A stretch of 64,000 bases of DNA, taken from the NCBI GenBank assembly GCA_040954595.2, contig CM082594.2, positions 11,670,885-11,734,884 on the forward strand. The letters are read 5' to 3'. The translations under genes and the position numbers were made by a program. The notes below the pieces were generated by a model. The model had not been told where the DNA came from. It saw only the letters and a program-made list of their open reading frames with translations, and did not search any database. This stretch comes from Balanoglossus misakiensis. Lineage: Eukaryota > Animalia > Hemichordata. Position 1 is the stretch's first letter; each line of letters starts with the position of its first letter. This document shows positions 36,022-49,800 of the stretch, piece after piece.

Positions 36022-39000
36022 GAATTCAAGATGTCAGTACTGACGTAACGTGAACACAAAACAAGTGATTCATTTCTCTTTTGTAATATTTGTTTAGCTG
36101 CTCTTACATGTTTCAACGAAGATAAAATTCAGACAATGATGCCATTTTTTGTGGTTGCTCAGCCAAGATTGTTCATTACTTTAGAAAACCATGAAAGCGA
36201 CTGATGGTGTAATGTCAACATTCGTGCCCGGAAGCCTGTTGTGTACGTCTAAAGATCAACCAGTTGGAAAGGTCATGACAGGTGACAGGTCATATGGGGA
36301 GAACAACACAAAGCCTTTTTTTGTTTTCAGATTAAGTCTTCAATGCAAAAATGCTGGTCTTGTCATCAGCAGTACCAAGAACCACCCCAATAACAATTCC
36401 AAATTGGAACTGGCCCTGCTATTGAAAAACTGTGTTTATCATTGTCTGAAGGGGATATAGTGATCACAAGAATGCGCTAGAGTAAAACAAATCAGCTAAA
36501 CTTGTACACTTTTATTGAAAAGAGCAAAGTAAGATCTCTCCTGTCTGTAGTTTCTAAGCCTTCCAGGCACCCTGGCTAGTTGACTCAATGCCAAGCAGAC
36601 GTTTACCACTGAGGATTGAAGGAGATATAATAGGACAGAAGATTATATGACTGCCAAACACTGAGTTTGAATATTGCATAAATGGTAAATTTCAGCACAT
36701 CTAGGAAATTTTGTGTACTATTATAGTGTGGTGCAATAGTTGTAATGTGAAGCATCTTGCAATTCAAAATTTTATAATTATTATTTATCTATATCAGATA
36801 TTCATTGCACTGACATTTCACATGTAAGAGAGTGTGTGAGAGAAAATATATATATAGTATACTGACAAATTTATGGACAGATGTTTGAGAGAAATACAGA
36901 CAGAAATGCATTTTGTGTGTAAGTTCTACAATATAGGAAACGTAAATTGATTTTGATGGAATTGTTAATTTCATAATTATTGAAAGATGTGTAAGTTCTC
37001 ACATACATTGACAACTAATGCCTTTCACTGTCTGATGAGGTAATTTATATTGCTTAAGTCTTGAAGTGTCCATGTAGGTTTTCAGTGTCAAATTTTAAAA
37101 TGAGGTTGCAATTGTATTCTGTAAGTACTGCGAGTGCTTTTTTGATCTGCACAGTTATCAATCATTTGACATACATGTACTCCACAAATGGTGAGTAGGG
37201 TGTTCTTAATGATAACAAGCTTGCATTTGGGTTTCAACTCATCTGTCGACTCTATCTTGTAAGTCATAACTCCCCATTCTAAGTCGTATGTCACTTTTTT
37301 TAGTCTTAACAGTCTGCAGTACTTGAATGTACATGTACCGGTATAATATTGGCTGCAGTGTGTCTGTTCAGAATTTAAATAATAAGCTTGGGACAACTAG
37401 TGTTTCTTATATCCCATGTGATTGGGTAAAAACCTGTTAATTCAGGCACAAAACCAATCAGAGCGTAGAATAGTCAGATAATCAATATCAAATCTAGAGC
37501 TTGTCTGCATGTACATGAAGAATAGCAGTACATACTGACTTACCAGTAGTACTAATTCCTACAACTCAAGTTTTTATCCAGCTTTATGGTCAGTTTATAC
37601 ACTATATATTATGTCAAAAACAGCTAGTATTTGAGCAATATTCATGTACTGTATTTTCATGAATTTAGTACTCCTTTTCGATTTATGTACTTGATTCAAG
37701 GGTAGCTTGTAGACTTCTCCAAGAGATAATAATTTCAAAGTGTGTCCAGAAGTCCAATATTTTGTTTTCTGTAAAAAAAGTTTAATTTCATTGAACTGAA
37801 TTGCATCAATTCTTTTGCTCGATCAGAATGGCACAATATATATAAACAGCAGAATATATGTTTTATTTACAATAGTGCATATTTTTTTTGCCGCTCTGCA
37901 CTGAGATGTATATTATTTTGTTACTTACTTTGCTTTGTTAAAGTAATGCATCATTTACATTATGTATTTTATTTACCAGTGTAATTTATAGAGTTGTAAA
38001 CTCAATCGTAATTGCTTCAACCCCAGAAATCCTGGAATCTTAAAGGCCTGTGATTCTATTCTGGGCAATGGAGTATTTTAAGCACAACGACAACATGTAC
38101 AGTTACTAAGTAGCCTGCTAGCCTGTCATGCCAATTGTATTGCTAATGTTAAACTTTAAAAAAAAACACCTTTGTGTCTCACATTTCAGAGCAATGTCCA
38201 ATACAGTGTGTTTCATGTATTTATGTGACAATAGATTCTAATTTATGCATGTATAATACTGCATCCTTTTCATCAAAACGGGACATTTTCTAAGTATTTA
38301 AAATGGGTGCAGTAATATTGAAGCTAGCAATCAGTATGCTTGTCACTTAATTTTCTTGGCAACTCAAATTCATTTGGGGATCGAGCTGTTCTTCTTTATG
38401 GTTTCTGAGGACAAAAATCAAGATACATTGTATCATGAATCAGAGTGAATACACAGAGTCACCTCAAATGACCAAACATGTCAGTCGATCTGGCCACTTG
38501 TGAAATAAGTAAACAGTAGACAGATGGAATTCTGGAGGGAGGCCTGCTGAGGGGTTCTTGCATTCCATGTTAAATTTATGTGTGCTATAAAAGCACTAAG
38601 TGACAAGCATACTGTATACTGTTCCTATGAGTCATAGCAATTCACTTGGGATGGCTGTTTTCAATACTGCTTTCTAGGTTTTTCAGGCCGAGAAATGTGA
38701 CTATGATCAATTTTGGATGTCTTGACTGGAAGTTTATGATTTAAATTGTCACTTGTCCAAGTGAATATGGTGATGAACTGTCATGTTTTATATGTGAGAT
38801 TGTCATTGTGAAGACCTGTTTTGTGAATAAAATGACATTGCCTAATCTGCCCATAATTGGTGTTTGTATTAGTTATTCACGGACACCCATACACAAATTA
38901 GACCAAGCAATTAAACTTCTATTTATTGTATTCTTTTGTACATTTTTGGGAGGTTTTTGAAAGAACTTTATAGAAAGAAAAAGTACTACTTTTTTAGAAA

Positions 39001-39392
39001 ATTTGTGTTTCAAGTCAGAAAATTTGTAGTGGTTTGTGCAGACATGGTCAGTCTCTAATAAAACAGAGTATTTTATGGGAAAATAAGCTACATCGGGTAA
39101 TCTCAAATCAGCATAACATTTAATAACCTGTGAATGCTATGGACATTTGATAGTTTAACAAAAAGAAATTCACTGGTCATTCCATGAGGGCGCCCTGTGG
39201 TTTGGACTGTTTTTTTTTTTTCAAGTTTCTTCATTCAAATCCAAAATCAGTATGTCGAATTTGTTATTCTAAAATAACAAAAAAACAACTCCCATAAAGT
39301 ATAGGAGATAGAGCAATAATTTATGCAAATTTCAGGACCAAAAGGATTGTAAGTTTTCGGCGTAGATGGCGCCTGTTAAGTAAACATCCAAG

Positions 39393-42098
39393 ATGGCCGA
39401 CCGCGATCGTCAAGGTGGGTTGCTCACTCTTATTTTTTCCGTTTCTTAGTTACATAGGCTTTTGGTAGATAAAAGATCAGTTAGTTTCACTTCAGATAAT
39501 GCCAATCCATGCACAGACCCAGTTCAAAGGAAGTATATTATATATATGCCACTGTGGCTTCCTATCGAAGCCAAACTGCAGGATGTTGACAACCCAGATT
39601 TGTCGTCAGGAGAAGGCTGTACACTCGTGCATGACATCTGCCAGAAACCTGGTCGACGCCGAATGTTACCATGGTAACACAGGACCCATTTTCAGTTAAA
39701 CACGATACATATCTCTGCCGTCAGTGTTTAAACTCCATTGCGACACTGAACAGCCGCATTACTATGTGTAATGGGGGCAATAACTGACTGGTGCCACCCC
39801 TCAGTGCTGTGGACACATGTATACTACATGTATGTCTGGTGTAGACATTGCACATAACACAATCCGATAGATTCCAATAGTCTGCGTGTATTTGATTGCA
39901 GGCCTTCTATTATGGGCAGAAGTAAACAGGCAGTCAGGTTGGTAAAATTAGGATAGTGTTCATTATACCAAATTAACAAATAATTGCAAGAAGCTCATAC
40001 CATACATGTTCCCCGCCTCCTTTGAACTGTTAGTACATTTTCTCATCATGGCATCATGTTTTTTGACTGTAATGAATATTTTAGTTTGATTATTTGAAAT
40101 ATGTTATACGAAAGTTAGATTGTATTATATATCTACTTGATAAGTTTTACATGTAAGTGAAATCTATCAAGTGTATAAGTTGTTTACTCCTGCCCAGTGT
40201 ACCCAAAGCAGACAGTGGACATAGCTTTGTCTGCTCTCTGAGTACTGACATTGTGGTGGATAAACTCTGAACTTTGGCGTCTCATTTTTCTAGAATCTGT
40301 AACCATGGCAACCAAAAGCTCAGTGGACACTCCCTCAGAACTCAGACCAGCCAGTGGCGAGCGTACCCAAAAAGTTGAGACGGTAGGGCTGGTTATCGAC
40401 AAAGACAAACAGACTGCACTGCTCCAGCACCCAGATCACGCTGGGGAGATTTTGCACAACCTCAATGAATTGAGAGAAAGTCAGTTGTTCACGGATGTTG
40501 TCATCTGTGCAGAAAGAGAGCGATTCCCCTGTCACCGAGCGGTTTTGGCAGCCAGCTGTCTCTACTTCAAGGCAATGTTTAAAAGTGAATTGCGTGAACG
40601 ACGAGAAGACCATGTTACTTTGACAGGGATGAAATCTGCAATAGTGAAAATCTTACTGGATTACTCATACACATCCAAACTGTTGATAACGGCAGACAAT
40701 GCGCAAGATTTGCTGTCAACATCACAGTTCCTGCAGTATGAAGCAGTTGTTCTTGCTTGTTGTGAGTTCCTGAAGACTCAGATTCATCCAACAAACTGTC
40801 TTGGAATCCAGTCGTTTGCTGACACTCACAGTTGTTTTGATTTGGCTGCTGAGGCCAGAGGATTTGCTCTTGCTAACCTGGTGGATGTAGTGAAACAGGA
40901 AGAGTTTCTAGAGCTCTCCTCTGAGAGACTGATCAGTTATGTGTCGGATGATTCATTGAATGTCAACAGTGAAGAGATGGTGTATGTGGCTGTGATGCAA
41001 TGGGTTCGACACGATGTGGAGAACAGATGGTCTGAATTATCAAGTGTATTGCAACATGTTCGCCTTCCATTGATCAGTCCTGGGTTCTTGATGAACCACA
41101 TTGAGAGCGATCCTCTGATCGAGCATTGCAAAGACTGTCGAAACCTTGTAGCACGGGCCAAAACCATCCAGGAACAGGTGTGGCAGGGTTCTGATGTGAG
41201 GGATTCGTCGCTGAAGCCTAGACCGTCCATGATGACAGAGGTCATGGTGGTTGTCGGAGGGATCGATGGTGTACAAAGGAAATGGGGTCGCGAGGTCACC
41301 TTCTACAACCCAATTGAGAAAAAGTGGGATGCGCTACCTGAGATACCATTCTCACAGACGGATTACAGCGTCACAGCTCTCAATGATAACATTTATGTCA
41401 CAGGTGGTTTCAAGGAAATAGACGCTGTGGATGATGTCTGGTGTTTTGAATCGGAAACCAACGTCTGGAATCGCATGACATCGATGAACCATGCTCGGTT
41501 CAATCACGGCTCCACAGCTACAGACGGAAGAGTTTATGTCGTAGGTGGTGAAAATGATGAAGGAGACTTGCAGGACATTGAAGGTTACCTTCCCTATGAT
41601 GAAAAATGGGACTGCCTCGGGTCTATATACCCAACAGAAAGCAACTTAGCAGTGACTGGGTTCCGCAGAAATCTGTTCATCGTGGGATGGTTGACGTATG
41701 AGAAGACATGTGCAATACAGTGTTACAACTTGGATACACAAGATTGCTGGGTGACCAACACAGTTGAACTGAATCGTCACTTGTTCCCAATAATCAGTCT
41801 CAACAACCACGTCTATATCCTCGGTGGCAACAGAATCAAGGATGTGCAAGTTTATGATCCAGAGCGCGACCATGAATGGAAGGCGGCTGATATGATATCC
41901 AAGCGCAACCACCCAAGTGCCGCGGTAGTTGATCGTAAAATCTATGTGAGTGGCGGGGAACTGCGCCACTACTCCGACAAAGTGGAAATGTATGACCCAG
42001 CCATCGACAGTTGGTCAGCAGCACCACCGATGCCAAAAGCATTGTGTTTCCATGGTTTTGTCAGTATTCACAAATACATTGGACCACCATATCTTTAA
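39393..42098 (+). CDS. Kelch-like BTB-BACK-Kelch protein (KLHL24-like CUL3 adaptor), 2 coding exons, about 608 aa
   Basis: Micro-exon 39393-39414 (caagATGgcc..CAAG|gt, phase 1) splices in frame to 40294-42098 (acceptor tttttctag). An alternative start is the ATG at 40305. BTB FTDVVI..FPCHRAVLAASCLYFKAMF, BACK NCLGI..EEMVYVAVMQWVRHD..VRLPLI, and about six Kelch repeats with GG-Y-W signatures. Confidence 0.93.
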
Positions 42099-43476
42099 GT
42101 ATTTTATCCCAATCGCCAGAATCTTGCAGTATTCTTTAATACTTTACAAATATAAAATTGGGGTGCAAAGTTGCATACAGAAACTTTGAGCCATTTTTAT
42201 CTGTTATATATTTATCTCAAATGCTTTTACTGTGCCAAACATAAACATTATATATGGAGTTATAACACTGGAGTCTTCCAAAGACATATCTCCCATGCAC
42301 TCTAAATTTTATCCTTACTGGACTATGTACATGACCTCTATGATCATATATGTTGAAAGCCAAGCTGCTGATAAAAGTGACATTTTAAATTGCCTGCCCT
42401 TATCACTGTTTTAAGTGTGGGGAAGTAAGGAGCTACAGGTACATGTATGGATCCTTGCTCTTCATCCATGGAAATGGGTCTGTTGTCTTACCTTGTGGTA
42501 GCAAACTGAGGTTCATGAAAATTGACAATGACTCCTCACAGTGGTTGATTGTACATTTCTTGATTTTATTTGCATGTTTGAATTGAGAATATTAATTGGC
42601 ATCAAGAATTTGTCAATATGTCTGTTTTCAGAGTCTGTGTACAAATAATATTGTGGTTGTGAAGTGACTGGTACATTGTATATACAAGTGAAAGTTGTGA
42701 CTTGTGTATTTTAGAAAGTTGTCTTTTGATGTTGATATGTGCATTTTCAAATTTATTTGCTGAGATTGTGTTTGAGATGTTTAACATCTTGATAATGTAA
42801 TTTTGCATTTTAACATTTTGCCACCTGGCAGATACACACCATTAAAATTGCATCGGTCCATGTTACATGGTTGATAAAGAAATCATTTATGTTGTGTGTA
42901 GCTTGCTGTCAACAAACCAGTGCCTTGCTATAAAACCAATCCCCTCACACGACACCCCACTGCAATTGCAATGACAGGCCACCGGTAAATGTAAAGTCAG
43001 AGGCAAAACTATTCCATCATTCAGGTGTACTTTGTTTGTCATAAAGTGCACCTGAGATGTGGAACCAATATGGCTCTAACATTAAATATTTCATTCACTG
43101 ATGGATGAAAAGATTGATGCAAGCAAAATTTGACAAGATTATGGATGGTGAAAACAAAAGTTCAATTTTTGAAAAGAACATTTCAATAAAACTCATCAAT
43201 GTTTTCCTCTACCATATTCAATAGTGAATCATTGACTATTGCCACACATCATAACGAGTTGCAAAATGTTAACAGTAAGTTTTATATTTGACAAAATATA
43301 TAAGAATGAATATTGTGAAAAACCTGACTCATAGACATTAAATACATATATAGGATATCAATAAGTATGAGTTAAATATGATCATGAAGCCATAAATGTC
43401 ACTCATGTCATACAATTCTATAATTTATCATTTGAAGTTTGCCTTTTTATGACCATGACATTAGATTTATAAGTAA

Positions 43477-44544
43477 TCATCCATTATTATTACCATTTAA
43501 AGCTTTTTGTATTTTGTAATTCGAATATGTGTGAAAAATGAACACTAAAAGAGCACTGGATAAAACCAAAGCGGCTCCTACAAGTTCATAGGCTTTCACG
43601 TGATTGTGCAGAAAAACAAAATCCAGTATGTAGGAGCAGACTACTTGGATGTTTATCAACAATGCAACTGTGGCGGCGCTCTCCAGCTGGAGACTCCTGT
43701 AGATGGCGCCCATGGTTACGGAGTTGAGAATCGCTTCAGCCGTAACTATTGCCAGTGCTTCCGCGTTATATTCGAGTAGTGGTAATCCCTTAACAAGTAG
43801 ACAGATATAGGCTACGATGAATGAGAAAACAGCCCGGTACAGGAGTATAACAGACAACTGGGCACGAGTACCCATGATTCTTCCCATGACTATCGTAAGT
43901 GAATAGAAAAAAGCGCCCGCTATGGCAGCTATGTAGGCTATGACTTCAGCGTGTGCCTCGGCGTGATCGGGACCCGGTTGACTGCCAAATATGAAAGTTG
44001 GCCCGGTGATCAGAATTATACCAATAACATTGATAAGCGTGCTAACAGCATCGATGACTTTCCATTTTTCTTGCAGGAAGCAGCAGGCGAGTAGTGGTGT
44101 GATGACCGGATTACTTCCACTGAATATAGCGTTGATGTTCCCCACGGGAGCTCTTGATAAAGAATAAAAATGTAACATCTTGGTCGCCAGTCCTGGTACA
44201 GCGTTCAGTAACAACAGAATCTGTGTTTTGTTGTCTGGCTCCAAGACATCCATTCGATAATATACAATCGGAACGACGGTAATTATGGCCAAAACTATGC
44301 CCTCGAAAAAGATCACTTGGAACTCGGAAACGCCGTAATCTGTTGCTATGGCTACCAGTCCACTAACTATCGCATATCCAATGCCGTGCATTACAGCTAA
44401 GGAAACGCCGAACATGGATCGCAGTAATTTGGAACTCAAACATTTTAACCGAGTAGGATTTCCTCGCCTTTTTTGTTCATCTTCACTTGCGAACAAGTAC
44501 TGCATATCACTTGCAGAGATCATTTCGAACTCCTCGATGGTCAT
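43477..44544 (-). CDS. SLC35G-like EamA/DMT-superfamily membrane transporter, single coding exon, 355 aa
   Basis: About 10 hydrophobic helices in two EamA-like halves, with YSLSRAPVGNINAIF..PVITPLLACCFLQEK and YRSLQLESAATVALL..QVVCSYILDFVF. Confidence 0.88.
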   Translation of the reverse strand: MTIEEFEMISASDMQYLFASEDEQKRRGNPTRLKCLSSKLLRSMFGVSLAVMHGIGYAIVSGLVAIATDYGVSEFQVIFFEGIVLAIITVVPIVYYRMDVLEPDNKTQILLLLNAVPGLATKMLHFYSLSRAPVGNINAIFSGSNPVITPLLACCFLQEKWKVIDAVSTLINVIGIILITGPTFIFGSQPGPDHAEAHAEVIAYIAAIAGAFFYSLTIVMGRIMGTRAQLSVILLYRAVFSFIVAYICLLVKGLPLLEYNAEALAIVTAEAILNSVTMGAIYRSLQLESAATVALLINIQVVCSYILDFVFLHNHVKAYELVGAALVLSSALLVFIFHTYSNYKIQKALNGNNNG

Positions 44545-46862
44545 GATGAAAACAGGAAGAGTTGTCTGTATCTCCAGCTAGTCTCGGAAGACGCTCTTGA
44601 TCCCCTCTGTCTAAGGTGCCTTAAGAGACAATATACAAGAATATGAACTAAAAAATAGTCCGATCGGTCCTCGGAAACGATCATCCTAAACGATGCAGTC
44701 AGAAACAGAATTCTTAATAGTTAAAAAATCAAAATAATTCAATATGTCATTGTATAACTATAACATGCTCAATGGCCATATGAGCATGAACTAACCATAT
44801 TGCGATAATTGGGTTGAATGAAGTTTAACTGTCAGCTGTTTTAAGCGGCGAGCTTGCGTGCATTATAGAATTAACAGCAATGTTTGCGGAAATTTAAAAT
44901 CTAATCAGCGTTAACATTGATTTGATTCAAATGATTTGATTAAAACGTTTACAAATTGCGAAGAGAGTGGCTAATTAAGACTTTCTGTCGTATCCGGCAG
45001 GCAGTGAAGAAAACAACAGCTAGTTAAATGTTTTTAAAAGACAAAAATTGAATTAATGAAAATGCCACTTTCAGACTTTCATTCTTTGAGTTAACCACAC
45101 ATTTTCCCTCCAATAAATTAGAGCAATTATGACTGAATGAATCACCACAGCAGATCACTTTCCCACACGGTAATTGAGAGAATAAAAAAAGCCGGAGTAC
45201 CCGGGGATCTGGGGACAACTATTCATCGCAATATTCCCATTGCTGTTTAAAGAGACCATCACAATCTCACGGTGACACACAACATTGTAGTTGATTGTCA
45301 ATTATATTCAGTCTTGTCAAGTTAGCTTTGGATTTAGATTAGCGACGAATTTTCCTCGCTGTGATGAGTGGGCGTGGCCAATATGAAAGAATCGAGCCGA
45401 GAATGTGTTTAGAATTATTCTTGTGTTCAACTCTGTTATTTAGAACTCAAGGTCTTGCGCTACAATTTACATTAATCAAATTAAGACCAGACAGACTCTC
45501 CTGTGTCTTGCATTGTGTGTGGTTTGGTGTTGGCGCACTTATTTTTCGCGTGGCCACAAAAGTAGTATATCTGGCAAGATGTATGAACACAAAATACTCA
45601 AAGGAATCAGAACTGATAAGATTACAGAGACTGAAATTGAATCCAAATAATCGTGATAGCTTTATCTTAAGTCAGTAGTGGGATATCGATCTGTGGTGAT
45701 TCTCTTTGACATAAAATCGTTTGATTGACTTCAGTGTAAACACAGGAAGGTTAATCCTTCATGTTATTTTCTCTTGGCATGTATGTAAATATTCGAGGTG
45801 AATCTGTACCATATTCCTTGATTCACTCGGTTTATTATACTTATATACTCAAATTTAGACAGATTACTTGTTCAATTGTGAGAACAAGAAGGTACTCAAC
45901 TTTTGTCAGAGCCACAGAGTTAAATAACCTTAAGGTAGCCTTAGCTTTTAACTGAAACCATTTTCTATGAACAACATACTATATTACTGACGATTTGCGC
46001 CTTTCTTGTAAGGGATATAGCAAAGCCACCAAAGCCTTTGGCGGGGAATTGTAAAATAATAATCGTTTACGGTTAATGTTGTTGAATGTAGATGAGATTG
46101 TTTCTAGAGTCGTTACACCATCTACTCTCTTTAAGTCTTGAAGACCTTGTGCGCCGCAGAAATGTGCTTCCGTTCAGAATGCCTTCACCCACTGTTACAT
46201 GGTAATGTTTTCAAATCTGATGTTACGAATTCGTCGTTGTTGATGAACAAAAAACTATTTATACAGCAAATCACGGAGATAGCTTGTAAAATGATGACAG
46301 AGATAACAACATAAAAATGGAGAAAATCATACCTAATTGCGGATATGATATAGGGATGAAACCGTCCGGTCGATGTGAGACTTCAACGGAAGATAGTGCA
46401 GAGGAACATTTTTCTCAGTGTATGGTGGGATATATTGTCTTTGAACATTACACCTTCTTTGTAGGAAGTGGTGAAGTCATAACTTACCAATGATTGATAA
46501 AGCAATAAAGTATTTTCTCGCTGTCATTGGATTGTGTACCTCTTCGTTGCAATCTATGTTCAAATAAAATTGTACTGTGACGTGCCTAGAGAATCGGTCA
46601 AATGGTGTCACGCCATCTCCTTCATAGATAACTGTGTTCTTTGAATTTTTCATGTGGAATAATAACGATTTGTCACAAGCAAAGTAAGGGATATAAGAAC
46701 CGGAAATGTCATCAGTCGTTGGATAGAAACGGCGGTACTCATTCGATTAGAATCTTCCATTACATTTGTGAAATCGCGCTACACATTTGATAGTCGACTA
46801 TTACGGCGAAAATTACCTTTACATTTTCATGGATTAGGCCTTATGTCTCATGACAATTGTGG

Positions 46863-49800
46863 AAAAATGACCAAATTTTGAAAATTCGCAAAGTCGAAAA
46901 ATCGTCGATTTTTCGCGATTTTCCTGAGCTATAACCCATGGTTTTTTCAAAAAATGACAAAATTTTGAAAATTCGCAAAGTCGAAAAATCGTCGATTTTT
47001 CGCGATTTTCCTGAGCTATAACCCATGGTTTTTTCAAAAAATGACCAAATTTTGAAAATTCGCAAAGTCGAAAAATCGTCGATTTTTCGCGATTTTCCTG
47101 AGCTATAACCCATGGTTTTTTCAAAAAATGACCAAATTTTGAAAATTCGCAAAGTCGAAAAATCGTCGATTTTTCGCGATTTTCCTGAGCTATAACCCAT
47201 GGTTTTTTCAAAAAATGACCAAATTTTGAAAATTCGCAAAGTCGAAAAATCGTCGATTTTTCGCGATTTTCCTGAGCTATAACCCATGGTTTTTTCAAAA
47301 AATGACCAAATTTTGAAAATTCGCAAAGTCGAAAAATCGTCGATTTTTCGCGATTTTCCTGAGCTATAACCCATGGTTTTTTCAAAAAATGACCAAATTT
47401 TGAAATTTCGCAAAGTCGAAAAATCGTCGATTTTTCGCGATTTTCCTGAGCTATAACCCATGGTTTTTTCAAAAAATGACCAAATTTTGAAATTTCGCAA
47501 AGTCGAAAAATCGTCGATTTTTCGCGATTTTCCTGAGCTATAACCCATGGTTTTTTCAAAAAATGACCAAATTTTGAAAATTCGCAAAGTCGAAAAATCG
47601 TCGATTTTTCGCGATTTTCCTGAGCTATAACCCATGGTTTTTTCAAAAAATGACCAAATTTTGAAAATTCGCAAAGTCGAAAAATCGTCGATTTTTCGCG
47701 ATTTTCCTGAGCTATAACCCATGGTTTTTTCAAAAAATGACCAAATTTTGAAAATTAGCAAAGTCGAAAAATCGTCGATTTTTCGCGATTTTCCTGAGCT
47801 ATAACCCATGGTTTTTTCAAAAAATGACCAAATTTTGAAAATTCGCAAAGTCGAAAAATCGTCGATTTTTCGCGATTTTCCTGAGCTATAACCCATGGTT
47901 TTTTCAAAAAATGACCAAATTTTGAAAATTCGCAAAGTCGAAAAATCGTCGATTTTTCGCGATTTTCCTGAGCTATAACCCATGGTTTTTTCAAAAAATG
48001 ACCAAATTTTGAAAATTCGCAAAGTCGAAAAATCGTCGATTTTTCGCGATTTTCCTGAGCTATAACCCATGGTTTTTTCAAAAAATGACCAAATTTTGAA
48101 AATTCGCAAAGTCGAAAAATCGTCGATTTTTCGCGATTTTCCTGAGCTATAACCCATGGTTTTTTCAAAAAATGACCAAATTTTGAAAATTCGCAAAGTC
48201 GAAAAATCGTCGATTTTTCGCGATTTTCCTGAGCTATAACCCATGGTTTTTTCAAAAAATGACCAAATTTTGAAAATTCGCAAAGTCGAAAAATCGTCGA
48301 TTTTTCGCGATTTTCCTGAGCTATAACCCATGGTTTTTTCAAAAAATGACCAAATTTTGAAAATTCGCAAAGTCGAAAAATCGTCGATTTTTCGCGATTT
48401 TCCTGAGCTATAACCCATGGTTTTTTCAAAAAATGACCAAATTTTGAAAATTCGCAAAGTCGAAAAATCGTCGATTTTTCGCGATTTTCCTGAGCTATAA
48501 CCCATGGTTTTTTCAAAAAATGACCAAATTTTGAAAATTAGCAAAGTCGAAAAATCGTCGATTTTTCGCGATTTTCCTGAGCTATAACCCATGGTTTTTT
48601 CAAAAAATGACCAAATTTTGAAAATTCGCAAAGTCGAAAAATCGTCGATTTTTCGCGATTTTCCTGAGCTATAACCCATGGTTTTTTCAAAAAATGACCA
48701 AATTTTGAAAATTCGCAAAGTCGAAAAATCGTCGATTTTTCGCGATTTTCCTGAGCTATAACCCATGGTTTTTGCAAAAAATGACCAAATTTTGAAAATT
48801 CGCAAAGTCGAAAAATCGTCGATTTTTCGCGATTTTCCTGAGCTATAACCCATGGTTTTTTCAAAAAATGACCAAATTTTGAAAATTCGCAAAGTCGAAA
48901 AATCGTCGATTTTTCGCGATTTTCCTGAGCTATAACCCATGGTTTTTTCAAAAAATGACCAAATTTTGAAAATTCGCAAAGTCGAAAAATCGTCGATTTT
49001 TCGCGATTTTCCTGAGCTATAACCCATGGTTTTTTCAAAAAATGACCAAATTTTGAAAATTCGCAAAGTCGAAAAATCGTCGATTTTTCGCGATTTTCCT
49101 GAGCTATAACCCATGGTTTTTTCAAAAAATGACCAAATTTTGAAAATTCGCAAAGTCGAAAAATCGTCGATTTTTCGCGATTTTCCTGAGCTATAACCCA
49201 TGGTTTTTTCAAAAAATGACCAAATTTTGAAAATTCGCAAAGTCGAAAAATCGTCGATTTTTCGCGATTTTCCTGAGCTATAACCCATGGTTTTTTCAAA
49301 AAATGACCAAATTTTGAAAATTCGCAAAGTCGAAAAATCGTCGATTTTTCGCGATTTTCCTGAGCTATAACCCATGGTTTTTTCAAAAAATGACCAAATT
49401 TTGAAAATTCGCAAAGTCGAAAAATCGTCGATTTTTCGCGATTTTCCTGAGCTATAACCCATGGTTTTTTCAAAAAATGACCAAATTTTGAAAATTCGCA
49501 AAGTCGAAAAATCGTCGATTTTTCGCGATTTTCCTGAGCTATAACCCATGGTTTTTTCAAAAAATGACCAAATTTTGAAATTTCGCAAAGTCGAAAAATC
49601 GTCGATTTTTCGCGATTTTCCTGAGCTATAACCCATGGTTTTTTCAAAAAATGACCAAATTTTGAAATTTCGCAAAGTCGAAAAATCGTCGATTTTTCGC
49701 GATTTTCCTGAGCTATAACCCATGGTTTTTTCAAAAAATGACCAAATTTTGAAAATTCGCAAAGTCGAAAAAAAGTCGATTTTTCGCGATTTTCCTGAGC

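Noticed and set aside
45247-45710. Possible degenerate TIR pair ttaaagagaccatcac / gtggtgattctctttga
   Set aside because: The match is short and imperfect, has no clear TSD, and is compatible with chance.
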